A stretch of DNA of 64,000 nucleotides, from positions 2,108,001 to 2,172,000 of the forward strand of contig OZ251227.1 of assembly GCA_965240325.2 (NCBI GenBank), read 5' to 3'. A model generated the notes under the pieces. That model was not told the DNA's origin, did no database searches, and saw nothing but the letters and a program-made list of their open reading frames with translations. The stretch comes from Rebecca billardiae RCC1528. Taxonomy: Eukaryota > Protista > Haptophyta. The position numbers and the translations under genes were made by a program. This document shows positions 34,396 to 45,442 of the stretch, in pieces (the stretch's first letter is position 1; each line of letters starts with the position of its first letter).

Positions 34396-36072
34396 TCACA
34401 TCCCAGCAGCACTGCGCATCCGCGCCTCGGCGATGCTCTGCCGCCGCTGCTCGAGCTGCTGCCGCCGGCGCTCGAGGTCTGAGCGGAGTCCGGCCGAGTC
34501 GAACGCGCCGCCTAGCGCGCGTGTCGTCACGTGCCCGCCCTCCCCGCCCCCACTGCCCGGCGCGCGCGCGCCTGCAGGCACGCCACTTGGCACGGAGCCC
34601 TCGCTGGTCGCTCCGCGCAGGCCCGCCGACTCGACGACCCCGGCGTCCACGACACGCGCCGGGTCCAAAGCGCGTGCGCCGCTGTCGGGGAAGGCGAAGG
34701 CGCCACCGCCGGCGCCACCGCCTGCGCGCCCGGCGTCGCGCGTCGGCGCCGAGCTGCCTCCCCCGGAGCCGGCCGGCAGCACCGACGGCGTCGCGAGCAG
34801 CCCAGCCGGGCCCTCGGCGTCGCGGGCGCTTGCGGGCTCCGCCACGGTGTCACCAGCCGCCGCCTGTCCCCGCGGTGGCGCTCGGCGCGCCGAGCCGGCC
34901 CCGCCGCGACCGAGCGCGCCGCCCACGCCGAGCGCGGCCGCGCCGAGCGCGCTCAGCTCGCTCTCATGCAGCTCGAGCCGCTCGGCGAGCGTGCGCGCGC
35001 GCGCATCGAGCTCTGCGCGCATGCGCTCGACCTCTGCGCGCAGCTCGTCCCGCGAGGCCAGCGCGAGCACGCGCGTCTCGAGCTGCGAGAAGTCCGCGCG
35101 CGACGCGCGCTCCGCCGCACTCGCCGACGCTGCGTCGGCCGCATCGGCGGCGCGCTCGGCAATGGCCGCTGTCGCCTCGACGCGCCGCGCGAGCTCAGTG
35201 GTCGCGGCGCGCGTGTCGGCCTCGGCGGCGCGCTGGCTGGCGGTGGAGACGCGCGTGAGCTCATCAATCTGCGCCACCGCCTCCTCGCGCCCCATCTTGC
35301 CCTGCACGTCCGCCTCCACCCGGCGCAGCGCCGCCCACACCTGCTCGCGCTCGGCGCGCGCGTCCTCGGCCGAGCGCTCGACGCGCCGGTCGGTCGCCGT
35401 CGAGTGCGAGCGCGCCTCGGAGCCGACGGTGGAGATGGCGGCCTCGAGCTGAGCGGTCGAGGCGGCGTGCGCGCGCTGCAGCCGCTCCACCGCCTCTGTC
35501 GTCGCCAGCCGCGGCAGCTGCTGCGCGTGGTCAGCGAGGAGGGTCGCGTGTGCGCCGAGCGATTCGCTCAGCTCGGCAGCGCGCGAGCGCGCGACGTCGG
35601 ACGCGGCGCGCTGCGAGGCCTCCAGCGCGGCGCGGGCGGCGTGGAGCTGATCGACGCTCACGCGCTCGCCCACCGCCGCCTCGACGCGCTTCAGCTCGCG
35701 CAGCGGCGCGAGGTTCTGCAGCTCGGCCTGCAGCTCGGAGACGGCGAGCGTGCGCGCCGCCTCGCGCGCGTCCGCCGCCTCGCTCATCGTGCCCACGCGC
35801 GAGGCGAGCTCGTCGGCCTGCCGGGCGAGCACGTCGCGAGCCTGCCGCGCATCGGCCTCGACGCGCCGAACCTCGCGCTCCGTCGCCTTGCTGCCGAGCG
35901 CCGCATCGATTGCATCGAGGCGCCGCTCCACCTTGGCCCAGCGTGCATCATTATCGGCACGCAGCTGCTCGATGACCGCTGCCTGCAGGCGCCGCGCCTC
36001 GACGAGCTCGGATAGCACTTGTTGGAGCCCGTCGAACTGGATGAGCCCGCTCAGGTCCGCGCCACCCGTCAT
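34396..36072 (-). CDS. Coiled-coil hypothetical protein (558 aa)
   Basis: Intronless ORF with a long heptad-rich E/R/A/L region. Confidence 0.7.
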   Translation of the reverse strand: MTGGADLSGLIQFDGLQQVLSELVEARRLQAAVIEQLRADNDARWAKVERRLDAIDAALGSKATEREVRRVEADARQARDVLARQADELASRVGTMSEAADAREAARTLAVSELQAELQNLAPLRELKRVEAAVGERVSVDQLHAARAALEASQRAASDVARSRAAELSESLGAHATLLADHAQQLPRLATTEAVERLQRAHAASTAQLEAAISTVGSEARSHSTATDRRVERSAEDARAEREQVWAALRRVEADVQGKMGREEAVAQIDELTRVSTASQRAAEADTRAATTELARRVEATAAIAERAADAADAASASAAERASRADFSQLETRVLALASRDELRAEVERMRAELDARARTLAERLELHESELSALGAAALGVGGALGRGGAGSARRAPPRGQAAAGDTVAEPASARDAEGPAGLLATPSVLPAGSGGGSSAPTRDAGRAGGGAGGGAFAFPDSGARALDPARVVDAGVVESAGLRGATSEGSVPSGVPAGARAPGSGGGEGGHVTTRALGGAFDSAGLRSDLERRRQQLEQRRQSIAEARMRSAAGM

Positions 36073-36263
36073 CGTGCCGCTGGCGAGGCTTTGGCGACGA
36101 CAGGCCCACGCCTCACGCCCGCGAGTGAGGCGTGCTTTTGAACCGGTGACGACTGCCGCGGACCCGGGCGCCGGACCCGGATCCGGCTCCCGGACCGCGG
36201 GCGGCGCTGCCGGGCTGCCGGCGCACCCTCCGGAAAGCGGACCTGGAGCGTTGTCAGGTCAGG

Positions 36264-37285
36264 ATGGTGCGCGCCTCGGCGGCCTCTTTCGTCGGCCACT
36301 GCCTCACGCGCGTGCGTCCGGCCGACGCGAGCGGTGCGTGACCGGTGCGTTTCGTTGCGTCATGCGCCCCGCTCTCGCCGCCCCGCTCGCTCTCCAGGGC
36401 CTTCTGACGCTGCTCCGAAGCCTGAAGCAGAATGACCAGGAGTATCGGGTGCTGATGCTCGGGCTGGATAACTCGGGCAAGACGACGGCATTGAAGCAGC
36501 TGGCCGGGGTGCGTGCGCGGCGAAGCGTGCGATCGCTCGCCCATCCGCTCGAGCTCGCCACGACCGCGGCACCCCGTCTTCACCGCGGCCGACGCCTGCG
36601 GCGCGCGCCCGCGCGCGTGTGGCCTGCAGGAGGACGTGTCGCACATCACGCCCACGCAGGGCTTCAACATCAAGTCGGTGCAGACGGAGGGCTTCAAGCT
36701 GAACGTGTGGGATATCGGCGGTCAGAAGTCGATCCGTCCGTACTGGAAGAACTACTACTCAAACACCGATGGGCTGGTCCGTGCCGCGCCGGCTCTCGCG
36801 GCGCGGGCGCCCTTGTCCGCGGGCCGCGCGCGCTTACCGCACCGCCGGCGCACTTGCCCACGCGCGACGCGCGTGCTTGTGCGCGCAGATCTACATGATC
36901 GACAGTGCAGATCGTGCGCGTGTGGAGGAGACCGCCGAGGAGCTGGTGCGTGCGTGCGACCGAGCGCGCCATGCGTGCGCGCTCCCACCCAGCGCGCGCT
37001 CTGACTTGGCCGTGTGACACCGCGCGCTGTGGCGCGTCTGGTGCGCAGGCGGAGCTGCTCGAGGAGGAGTCTCTCGAGGGCGTGACTGTGCTGCTCTTCG
37101 CGAACAAGCAGGACCTGATCACCGCTCTCGCTCCGGAGGAGCTGATGAGCTCGCTCGACTTGACCAACCAGCGCGGCCGAAAGATCATCATGCAGCCGTG
37201 CTCGGCCAAGACGGGCGACGGCTTGCAGGAGGGCCTCAAGCAGCTGCTTGACGTGATCAACCAGGCCAAGGCGGCCGGCAAGTGA
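36264..37285 (+). CDS. ARL3: ADP-ribosylation factor-like GTPase 3; exons 36264-36266, 36398-36508, 36630-36776, 36889-36945, 37049-37285
   Basis: [31 protein letters not shown] (ARL3-type), WDIGGQ, FANKQD, CSAK; four GT-AG introns. Confidence 0.93.
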
Positions 37286-37801
37286 GCGGTCGGCGACGCG
37301 TGCGCCACGGGCGGTACATCCTGGCTCGGGACGGAGCGGAGCCATTGGGCTTGCGAAGCGTTGCAGCTCGGGCCCACTGGCGGATCCGCACAACCTGACT
37401 GAAAGACCCTGAGTCAGGAAAGGGTGTGGCCCCACAGCGACCGCCCGGACGAGGGCCGCTCGGAATAGCCATGAGTGCGACGTCACGCGCTGCTGTTGCC
37501 AGGCCTGAGGGCCAGCCACTAGTGAGGCCCTGGCAGCGTACGGCCCGGCCCGTACGGGCCCACTAGGCACTACTCACGTCTGACTCCTGTCCCGCCGACT
37601 CCCGAGGCCGAGGCGGGCCGAGCCCGAGGCCACCGGCCGCACCCGAGGCGGAGGTTCAGGTCCTGTCCGTCCGCCGAGTCCGTCCCGCGTCGCCAGCCTG
37701 ACCCAGCCTCGGCTACCCCCCACCCTGAGGCCTGTCGGCAGACGTGAGACGGGCGTCCGACTCACCGTCTCACGCGGACTCATCAGACTTAGTGACTACT
37801 G

Positions 37802-37851
37802 TTTCGCTCACGCTCAGACCTTTCCGCCATTTCCGGGGGGGCCGTGCGCCA
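37802..37851 (-). repeat. Partial copy of the hairpin-forming element end at 40453-40511
   Basis: tttcgctcacgctcagaccttt...gggggggccgtgcgcca is shared with 40472-40511. Confidence 0.75.
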
Positions 37852-38073
37852 CAATGACAATATGAATAATGATGATCGGCTACGCCGATCCTCGGGTAGT
37901 AAACAACGAAGTTGAGAGCGCACGGCCCTGACTCGGCGGCCTGACAGTAGTTGTCGCGTTCTTCACCGAATCACGATGCGCGCGCGCGCCCGGCGCGTCG
38001 CCGTGCAGGAGACGCGGGCGCGAGTAATCGACGCGATCGACGGCCTCGGGGGGCTGCGCCGTGTCGCGGCTCT

Positions 38074-39480
38074 TCATTCAGTCTTCGTAACGCAGCCGGC
38101 TTGCCCCTCGAGCGCGCGCACGCACTCTGACTCGGCGGTGTCCCACGCCCACAGCCGCACGACCGCGTCGCTGTCGTCGCCCGCGCTCGCCGCGACGCGC
38201 CCGTCGGCCGAGAGTGCGACCGCCTCCACCCAGCCGGCGTGCGCTAGCAGCACAGCCTCGCACGGCCCGCGCGCGGCGAGCAGGGGCGCTCGCGCGCAGT
38301 GCTCGCGCCCGCGCGCCCAGCTGGCGCGGGCGGCCGGGTGCGCGGCGCGCGGCGCGCGCCGCGCCCACGCGGACTCGTGCGGCGCCGAGCCAACCGGCTG
38401 CTCGAGGCACAGCGCGAGGCAGCGGCCCGGCGCCGCGGCGGCGGCGGAGGCGCTCAGCCGCGCGAGCTGCAGCCAGTCTGCGACGCGCGCGCGCAGCGCT
38501 GCAGCCTCCGCGCGCGCGGCCGCGCCCGGCTCGCCGCCGCCGCCGCCGCGCGCGTCGGCGTCGGCGAGCGCCGCGGCCGTGTCCGCGAGGTCGCGCACGT
38601 ACTCGGTCTCGAGGCCGTGCCGCGCGCGCGCCTCCCACCCGTCCGCGCCCGCGTCGGTGAGCTCGCGCGCCGCGTCGGCCGCGCGCCCGGCCGCGAGCAG
38701 CGCTTGCGCTAGCTCCTCGCACCGGCGCACATTGAGCACGGCGGCGTTGCGGCCGGCGAAGGCCGAGGCGCGCGGCGGAGAGGAGCAGGGGCTGCGGCGC
38801 GACGCGCCGCCGCCCGTCCTCGCCGCCGGTGGCCTTCGGGTGGCGCAGCGGTTTGGCGGCCTCGCCCGCCCACGTGCCAGCCCAGAAATCCGCGAGCGCG
38901 TGCGCGTCGGCCGGGCGGGCGCACCGTGCCGCCGCCGCCTCGGCCACCTGATGACGGTGGTACCAGCGCAAAGGGCCGTCGCCGCCGGCGAGCAGCGAGC
39001 CGAGCGCGTCGCGCACGGCGAGCCACACGGGCAGCCGCACCACCGCCGGCACCCAGAACTCGAACACGGACGCCCAGCACGTCCTCGTGCAGAGGGAGCG
39101 AGTCCTCCAGCTCGGCACTCGAGAGGCCGCGGCGCGACGCGCAGATGGCGCCGCACGCACGAGCATCGCGCCGTGCAGCCGCTCGACGCGCTCGAAGGTG
39201 GCGGCGACGGCGGCGCGCGCGTCGGCGGGCAGGTGCGCTGGCGGCGGCTCGCCCGAGCGCCACTCCGCCGCCGCGTCGGCGAGCAGCACGGCGTGCAGCG
39301 CGCTCGGCATCTCTCCGTGTGCCGAGCGCACCGCCTCGGCCTGCCGCGCGTCGAGCGTGCGCCCCGCCGCGCCGAGCCGGCCTCGCACCACCGCCTCAGC
39401 GTCCGCCGCCGAGAGCCCGCCGAGCTGCAGCGCGGGCACGCCCAGCTGCGCGAGCCGCGTCGCGCACCCGTAACGGTAGC
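38074..39480 (-). pseudogene. Frameshifted fragment of a NACHT-WD40 (NWD/TEP1-like) gene
   Basis: Post-NACHT motifs GRTLDARQ, AAEWRS, FERVERLHG, RGLSSAELEDSL, LRWYHR, QPL, NVRRCEEL; WD repeat HAGWVEAVALSADGRVAASAGDD..VRLW; spread over three frames and lacking the P-loop. Confidence 0.72.
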
Positions 39481-39729
39481 CGCCAGCGTCACCGCCAGCG
39501 TCACCGCCAGCGTCAGCGCCCGCGAGTCGATCTGCGCCAAAAAGGACAGAGTCAAGAAGCGTGTCGAGCGGCGCGGTGGAGAGCAGCGCGGAGTAGCGCA
39601 CGCGCTCGCCGCCCTCAAGCACCGCCTCGTGCTCGTGCGCCGCGAACGAGCGGCTCGCGCCGCCGTCCTCGCTGGAGCCCGACGTGACGACGCGGCTCCG
39701 CGATCCGCGCGCGCGCAGCCGCGCAAGCA

Positions 39730-40511
39730 CCTGGGTATTTTTCGAGCACTCTGTCCCTTAAGTGCGGCAGCTCAAAAAATGGCGTTTCGCTTCAAAGAAT
39801 CATGTACGTATAAATCAAGGGGCTTAACCAAATAACCTGCTTGAATCGCTGTTTTTGAAGTGCGGTTCTCTTAAGAGGAGAGGGATGCTACTAATCTATG
39901 TTCCCGTGTATTACTCGTGTATGAATCAAGGGTTATCAAGGGGCTTAACAAGGGGCTTAACCTGATGATACCCGCCACTGAGAAGCGACGGTTCATGACA
40001 TCATATCGCGTGCCTAGGCGTTTTTGATTAGGCGAAGATCTAACAAGGTTCATTTCGCGGGTACCAATAGACAAACGAGCCGCGATGACGAACGTCGTGC
40101 CATAATACGTTAGTTGATACTGAAACGTTGTTTTTGAAGTGTGGTTCTCTTCAGAGGAGAAGGATAATTGGAGACGATACTTTACTCTTTGAATTGGAAT
40201 CAGCAAACCAAGAGTGTATATCAGCAGGAGAATCACGAACGGCCCACCATAATTATCAGAAAGATGCAGACGCCTTTGTCCTTATTCGAGTTCGATTTCT
40301 TCTATTACTTACTATCCAAGGATTAAGGAGCAGTACAAACGCAATCATGAGCATGCAGCGATATCGAGTCAAATGCGGATTTCACACCTAAACCCACCTT
40401 CAAAAATCCCCCAAATCCTGCGCGCATCCTCTTTTTTGATTTTGCGGAGCACGTGCGCCGCCCCCCCCGGCTTTCGCTCACGCTCAGACCTTTCGGGGGG
40501 GCCGTGCGCCA
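39730..40511 (-). mobile_element. Lower-GC transposon end region with a terminal GC hairpin and internal short repeats
   Basis: C-run/G-run stem at 40459-40503; repeats caaggggcttaac (x3) and tgtttttgaagtg.ggttctctt (x2); abrupt junction with the coding fragment at 39730. Confidence 0.55.
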
Positions 40512-40557
40512 TAATCACAGTCACACGGTCCGACGGCGGACCGTACTCTTCGCGTCG

Positions 40558-41847
40558 TCAACACAGGTCGGCCAGCGGCTTGAGCCTGCTCGCCGTCGGT
40601 CCGCCCGTCGCATGCCGTCTATGATCACGATGCCTGCGACTGGACGCGTCATTATTGTCAGGCGCACTCGAGCGAGTAGTTGCCTCTGCCATCCTTCTGC
40701 TGTGGCTGTGCCTTTGGTGGCTCCGCGACCAGGAAGATGATGACCATCGTGACGATGTCTGCTTAGCTGAGTTGCCATGGCCGTCGGTGGTGCCCAGCGC
40801 CTGCGCTGCTGGCTGCGCCCTGCCCACGCACTCGTAGAAGTCGTCGATTGCGGGCGAGATGATGCCCATCGCCATGCACATCTCGTCCTGCACGTTCTGC
40901 CCGGGCAGCTTTGTGTCGCTTGTGCGCGCGCTCGTGTTGTACACGCAAGTGACCCTGAGGGTGTCGCCGCTCTGAACGGTGGCGTGACTGCGCACGATTG
41001 AGAAGTCATGCGCGGTCGGGTCGTACGGTGTGTCCACACCGGCCGCGAACAGTAGCTCACGCGTGCCGTTCGGCCGCACCGCCTCGAGCAGGCCGTACTG
41101 CCCGGCGGTGTGCATGTGCAGATACGCGAGGAGCACCCGGAGCGAGTCGGCACGGCCGAGGCGGAGCGCAGCCGCGATGCACGCGGGCGCGCACGCCACG
41201 GGGACATCGATGCCCACCCGCCCTGGTGGCAGCACGGCGCGCTCCGTACGCTGGAACAGCGTCGCGAGCGTGAGGGAGAAGTACTGCGCCGAGCGCATGG
41301 CCGGCTGGCGGCGCGCCAGGTGCAGCCGGAAGCCGGACGCGTCGTGCAGCGAGGCGCGGCGCTCGTCGGTCCGCCCAACCGAGTAGTGGACCTCCATGAC
41401 AGCTACCTCTGGCAGATGCATGTAGTAGCCGGGAGGCAGGCGGATCCCAGTACCCGCCAGAGCGAGCTGCTCGCAGCCCTTCATGAAGCGCGAGACGGCG
41501 CATCTGGTCTCTGCGTGCCTGCCGAGGCTCTGGGCGGCTTTCAGCGCGAGACTGCGGGGGCAGGCATAGAGAGTGACGTGATGGATGTAGCGATAGTTCT
41601 GGGGGGGGTCAAAGAGGAAGTCGTACCCGACCACAGCCTCATCGGCGTCGTCGTTCATTGCCTTCTCCATCCTTCGCCGCTGCGGCATCATCTGGACATA
41701 CGCGCAGCGGTATATGTCCGTGCCTCGGAAGAGTCGGACGCTTGCGTTGGGCATTGCCAAGCGGAGCGAGTGCTCGCCGTCTGAGCGCGGCAGGACGACG
41801 GCTGCACGAGGAAGGCCGATGAGGAGCGCGACGACGAGCCATCGCAT
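40558..41847 (-). CDS. Copper type II ascorbate-dependent monooxygenase (DBH/PHM/MOXD1-like)
   Basis: Signal peptide; CuH ligands YIHHVTLYAC and MEVHY; CuM ligands HMH and DEMC. Confidence 0.9.
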   Translation of the reverse strand: MRWLVVALLIGLPRAAVVLPRSDGEHSLRLAMPNASVRLFRGTDIYRCAYVQMMPQRRRMEKAMNDDADEAVVGYDFLFDPPQNYRYIHHVTLYACPRSLALKAAQSLGRHAETRCAVSRFMKGCEQLALAGTGIRLPPGYYMHLPEVAVMEVHYSVGRTDERRASLHDASGFRLHLARRQPAMRSAQYFSLTLATLFQRTERAVLPPGRVGIDVPVACAPACIAAALRLGRADSLRVLLAYLHMHTAGQYGLLEAVRPNGTRELLFAAGVDTPYDPTAHDFSIVRSHATVQSGDTLRVTCVYNTSARTSDTKLPGQNVQDEMCMAMGIISPAIDDFYECVGRAQPAAQALGTTDGHGNSAKQTSSRWSSSSWSRSHQRHSHSRRMAEATTRSSAPDNNDASSRRHRDHRRHATGGPTASRLKPLADLC

Positions 41848-41917
41848 CCTGGCGCAGACGCTCTTGGCCCTGGCCGGGTTGAAAACAGTTGCTACACCCA
41901 AACACCAAAGAAATTAA

Positions 41918-43079
41918 GAAATACAGGGGGGTCCAAGGGCGTTCCCGGGATCCTGCCACACGCTCCGCGAGGGGTTTTGGCCCCCTGGGGGCCAAAACCC
42001 CTCCGGACTGGCGCTGCGCCAGTGGCGGCCGCCAACCCGGACTGCAGCGCACCAGCGCTTGGCGCGCGCGCGGCGCGGCGCGCTGCGGCCGTCGAGTTGC
42101 CGTGCGAAGGCGGCGCGTTGCTTGCGTGGCATCGGAACACGACCATGCTCCGCACTGCGCCCCGCAGCTCGCTCCTCGTCGACTTTGCCGCGCCTACGAT
42201 CAGCGCGCATGCGAGCGTCGCGTCGGAATGAGCAGCCCGCGCCGGCCTCAGCCGTGAGCGCCCGCCTGGCGCGCGATGCGATCAACTCGGGGCACGAGCT
42301 GCGGCTGAGCGAGGAAGCATGTGCCTGCGCGCAAGCCGCGCCGCCTTGAGACACCGATCGTGAGCAGGGCATGCACCTTGCACGCAACGTTTCTTCTTGC
42401 CCTTGCGAATGTCGCGGTGCCCTTGAAAGGACTCCTCATCAGCGCAACTACTCAAGCATGGCATGACGGCAGCCACGCGCGCAGGCGATGCATGGATGTA
42501 CACGAGTCACTGCGCGCACACGCAACCCGAAGACTCCTATTCATCGCTTCAGGGCGCTCACGGTCTGTTGTTTCATCTCCACTGCATGCAAGGCTCGTGC
42601 AGGCTGATTGGCATTCGTTGACAGCCGTCTGAAGCTGCATCAACGCGCACGATCGATGTCTCAAGGCGGCGCGGCTTGCGCGCAGGCACATGCTTCCTCG
42701 CTCAGCCGCAGCTCGTGCCCCGAGTTGATCGCATCGCGCGCCAGGCGGGCGCTCACGGCTGAGGCCGGCGCGGGCTGCTCATTCCGACGCGACGCTCGCA
42801 TGCGCGCTGATCGTAGGCGCGGCAAAGTCGACGATGAGCGAGCTGCGGGGCACAGTGCGGAGCATGGTCGTGTTCCGATGCCACGCAAGCAACGCGATGC
42901 CTTCGCACGGCAACTCGACGGCCGCAGCGCGCCGCGCCGCGCGCGCGCCAAGCGCCCATCGGCCAGCGCGCCTTCGCGCCAAGCGAGTTTTCATTTTCCG
43001 CGCTTTGTTTTCGCGCGTGAGTTTTTATTGGCGCATGACCCGCGCGGGGAACGCCCCTGGAAGGGGGGCCATCATAGTC
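41918..43079. mobile_element. Non-autonomous fold-back element D, probable TTAA TSD (Kolobok-like RR termini possible)
   Basis: Inner arms 42055-42362 and 42648-42955; outer inverted motif tcca(a/g)gggcgttccc; ttaa at 41914-41917 and 43080-43083. Confidence 0.7.
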
Positions 43080-43131
43080 TTAAATAATAAGTGTCGAGTC
43101 TGAAACGCACGAAGCTCCAGACGGCCAAGGT

Positions 43132-43823
43132 GCGCATCTCGGGGCGCGCGCGCGTTGGCGGGCGCGGCGTGGTCGGACATGGGCGCGGGGAGGGGAACGC
43201 GGACTGTCATGACATCCGCGGAGCCACCGGCAAGCGCGCCGGACAGCGCGCGGGTGCACCCGACCGAATGCCCGACCTCCAGCTGCCGCACAAAATCGCC
43301 CGCGCATCTGCGGCCTCGTGGTGCGCGCGCGTCGGCGGGCGCGGCGTGGTCGGACACGGGCGCGGGGAGGGGAACGCGGACTGTCATGACACTTGCGGAA
43401 CCAGCGGCAAGCGCGCTGGACAGCGCGCGGGTGCACCCAACCAAATGCCCGACCTCCAGCTGCCGCACAAAATCGCACGCGCATCTGCGGCCTCGTGGTG
43501 TGCGCGCGTCGGCGGGCGCGGCGTGGTCGGACACGGGCGCGGGGAGGGGAACGCGGACTGTCATGACACCCGCGGAGCCACCGGCAAGCGCGCCGGACAG
43601 CGCGCGGGTGCACCCGACCGAATGCCCGACCTCCAGCTGCCGCACAAAATCGCACGCGCATCTGCGGCCTCGGGGTGCGCGCGCGTCGGCGGGCGCGGCG
43701 TGGTCGGACACGGGCGCGGGGAGGGGAACGCGGACTGTCATGACACCCGCGGAGCCACCGGCGAGCGCGCCGGACAGCGCGCGGGTGCACCCGACCGAAT
43801 GCCCGACCTCCAGCTGCCGCACA
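43132..43823. repeat. 177-bp tandem repeat, about 3.9 copies
   Basis: ggcgggcgcggcgtggtcggaca recurs at 43157, 43334, 43511 and 43688. Confidence 0.95.
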
Positions 43824-44645
43824 ATGCCGTGGTACGGCTCACGTCGTTGACGGATGCCCTGACATGCTCTGATGCTGAGAGCTTGGGCGAGAAGGGGGCG
43901 AATCTTTTTTTTTCGCCCAACCTGGACGCCGTTTCAAACTTGACAGTTATAGTGTGGCCCCCCTGTAGAGGGGGCTACATCACCGTATTTCAGAGCCGTT
44001 ACAGTTTACTACTAGTAAGAATATGAGACGCACACACTATACACAGTTGGCGGCGTGCGCGAGTCACGCGCAGCCGCACGTACGCACTGGCCAGTGTGCG
44101 CCGACTGTGCGCGCACGAAAGGGACGACGGAGTAGATTAGCCGCGCGCGCCTGCGAGGGCGCGCCGAAGCCGCTGTATGGCAGGCTGCGCCAGTAGCAGA
44201 TGCTGTCGTGTCGTCGACTGTGCGCGCGCGCGCGAGAGCACTGAGCACGGAGTGCGCTGCACGTGCAGCTTCGCACGTAGCTCGCACACCTCACTGTCCT
44301 CAGGTGACAGGTAGCCGTGACAACGCGGGCCGGGACTACCGAAGAGGCTCTCAACCACGACGACGTCGCCGATCAGCGCTAGAGCAGCAGGGTCGTGCTC
44401 GTCGCAGAAGAGCCAACGCTCGTAGCCCACGGTAGGCGCGGGCGGCAGCAAGCCGACGCCGCAGCCGTGCTGGAGCGACCTGAGGCCCCAGCCTAGAGCT
44501 GCGACTCCTGCACGTACACGAGCCTCGCCTTCTCCACCCACGCGCACCCGGCCGCACAGCACCGCGAACGTGCCCCTCCCACGACGCACGTTGGCATCGC
44601 CCGGCCGGCGGCCGCTGCGGCGCTGCCTGGCCGGGGCCCAGTGTA

Positions 44646-45395
44646 CAGTTTACTATGTTTTAACGTGCACACTTGGTTAATTAAGGCGTGATTGACGCCA
44701 TCCAACACTGCACAAAGACACCGCCAAAAAACAGACTGGCGCAGGCAGGTGAGGGGCGCGTTGCCGCACCTCATCGAGGCGGCCATTGCAGCAAGCGGCC
44801 GCCCCGCGCTCGGAGGCACGCGCTCGAGAGCGCGCTCTGACACCACACGGGGAGGGTGCTGCACCTGGATGTTGTATCCCAGCCACCTCGAGAGTGCAGC
44901 CACGCCAAACACCTGCCTGCGCTGTGAGCGACGTACCTTCTGAGCTCCTCGCGCGCCACTCCGTCCCGTATGGGTATTGACCAAGAAGGGCGCGAGAGGA
45001 GGTTCGCTCGCGAAGCCCCACCCGCTCCGGCCAGCATGGCATGTGCAGCACCCTACGTTGGTCCGCGTGCACGCGGGATTGCACGGTCGACGCGTGATCG
45101 CTTGCAGTCGGCAAGCAGCGACAAGGAGCCGGGGTCGCGGACCACCAAGCTGTCCCAAGGCTCTGAGCATACCTGCGGGCGACCTGCGAGGCCACCTGCG
45201 CCGCCAAAACCGCACCGCGAGCGCGTGGATTCCCGGCCTACGGCTCGCTTGAACACGCCGCCGCCGGCCAGGCAGCCATGCTGGCCGGAGCGGTGGGGCG
45301 ATCGACTCGCGCCCTTGGTCAATTCAGACTCCAGATGATGGGTAGACATACTGTCACGCCCTAACCAAGTGTGCACGTTAAAACATAGTAAACTG
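44646..45395. mobile_element. Tc1/mariner(pogo)-type MITE, 750 bp
   Basis: 34-bp TIR cagtttactatgttttaacgtgcacacttggtta with its exact inverse; TA on both flanks. Confidence 0.9.
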
Positions 45396-45442
45396 TAGAA
45401 ATACTGATGTGACTTACACACGATACTTTTTTAAAAAACTCT

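Noticed and set aside
43132-43823. CRISPR-like array
   Set aside because: Whole units repeat with no unique spacers, there are no cas genes, and the context is eukaryotic
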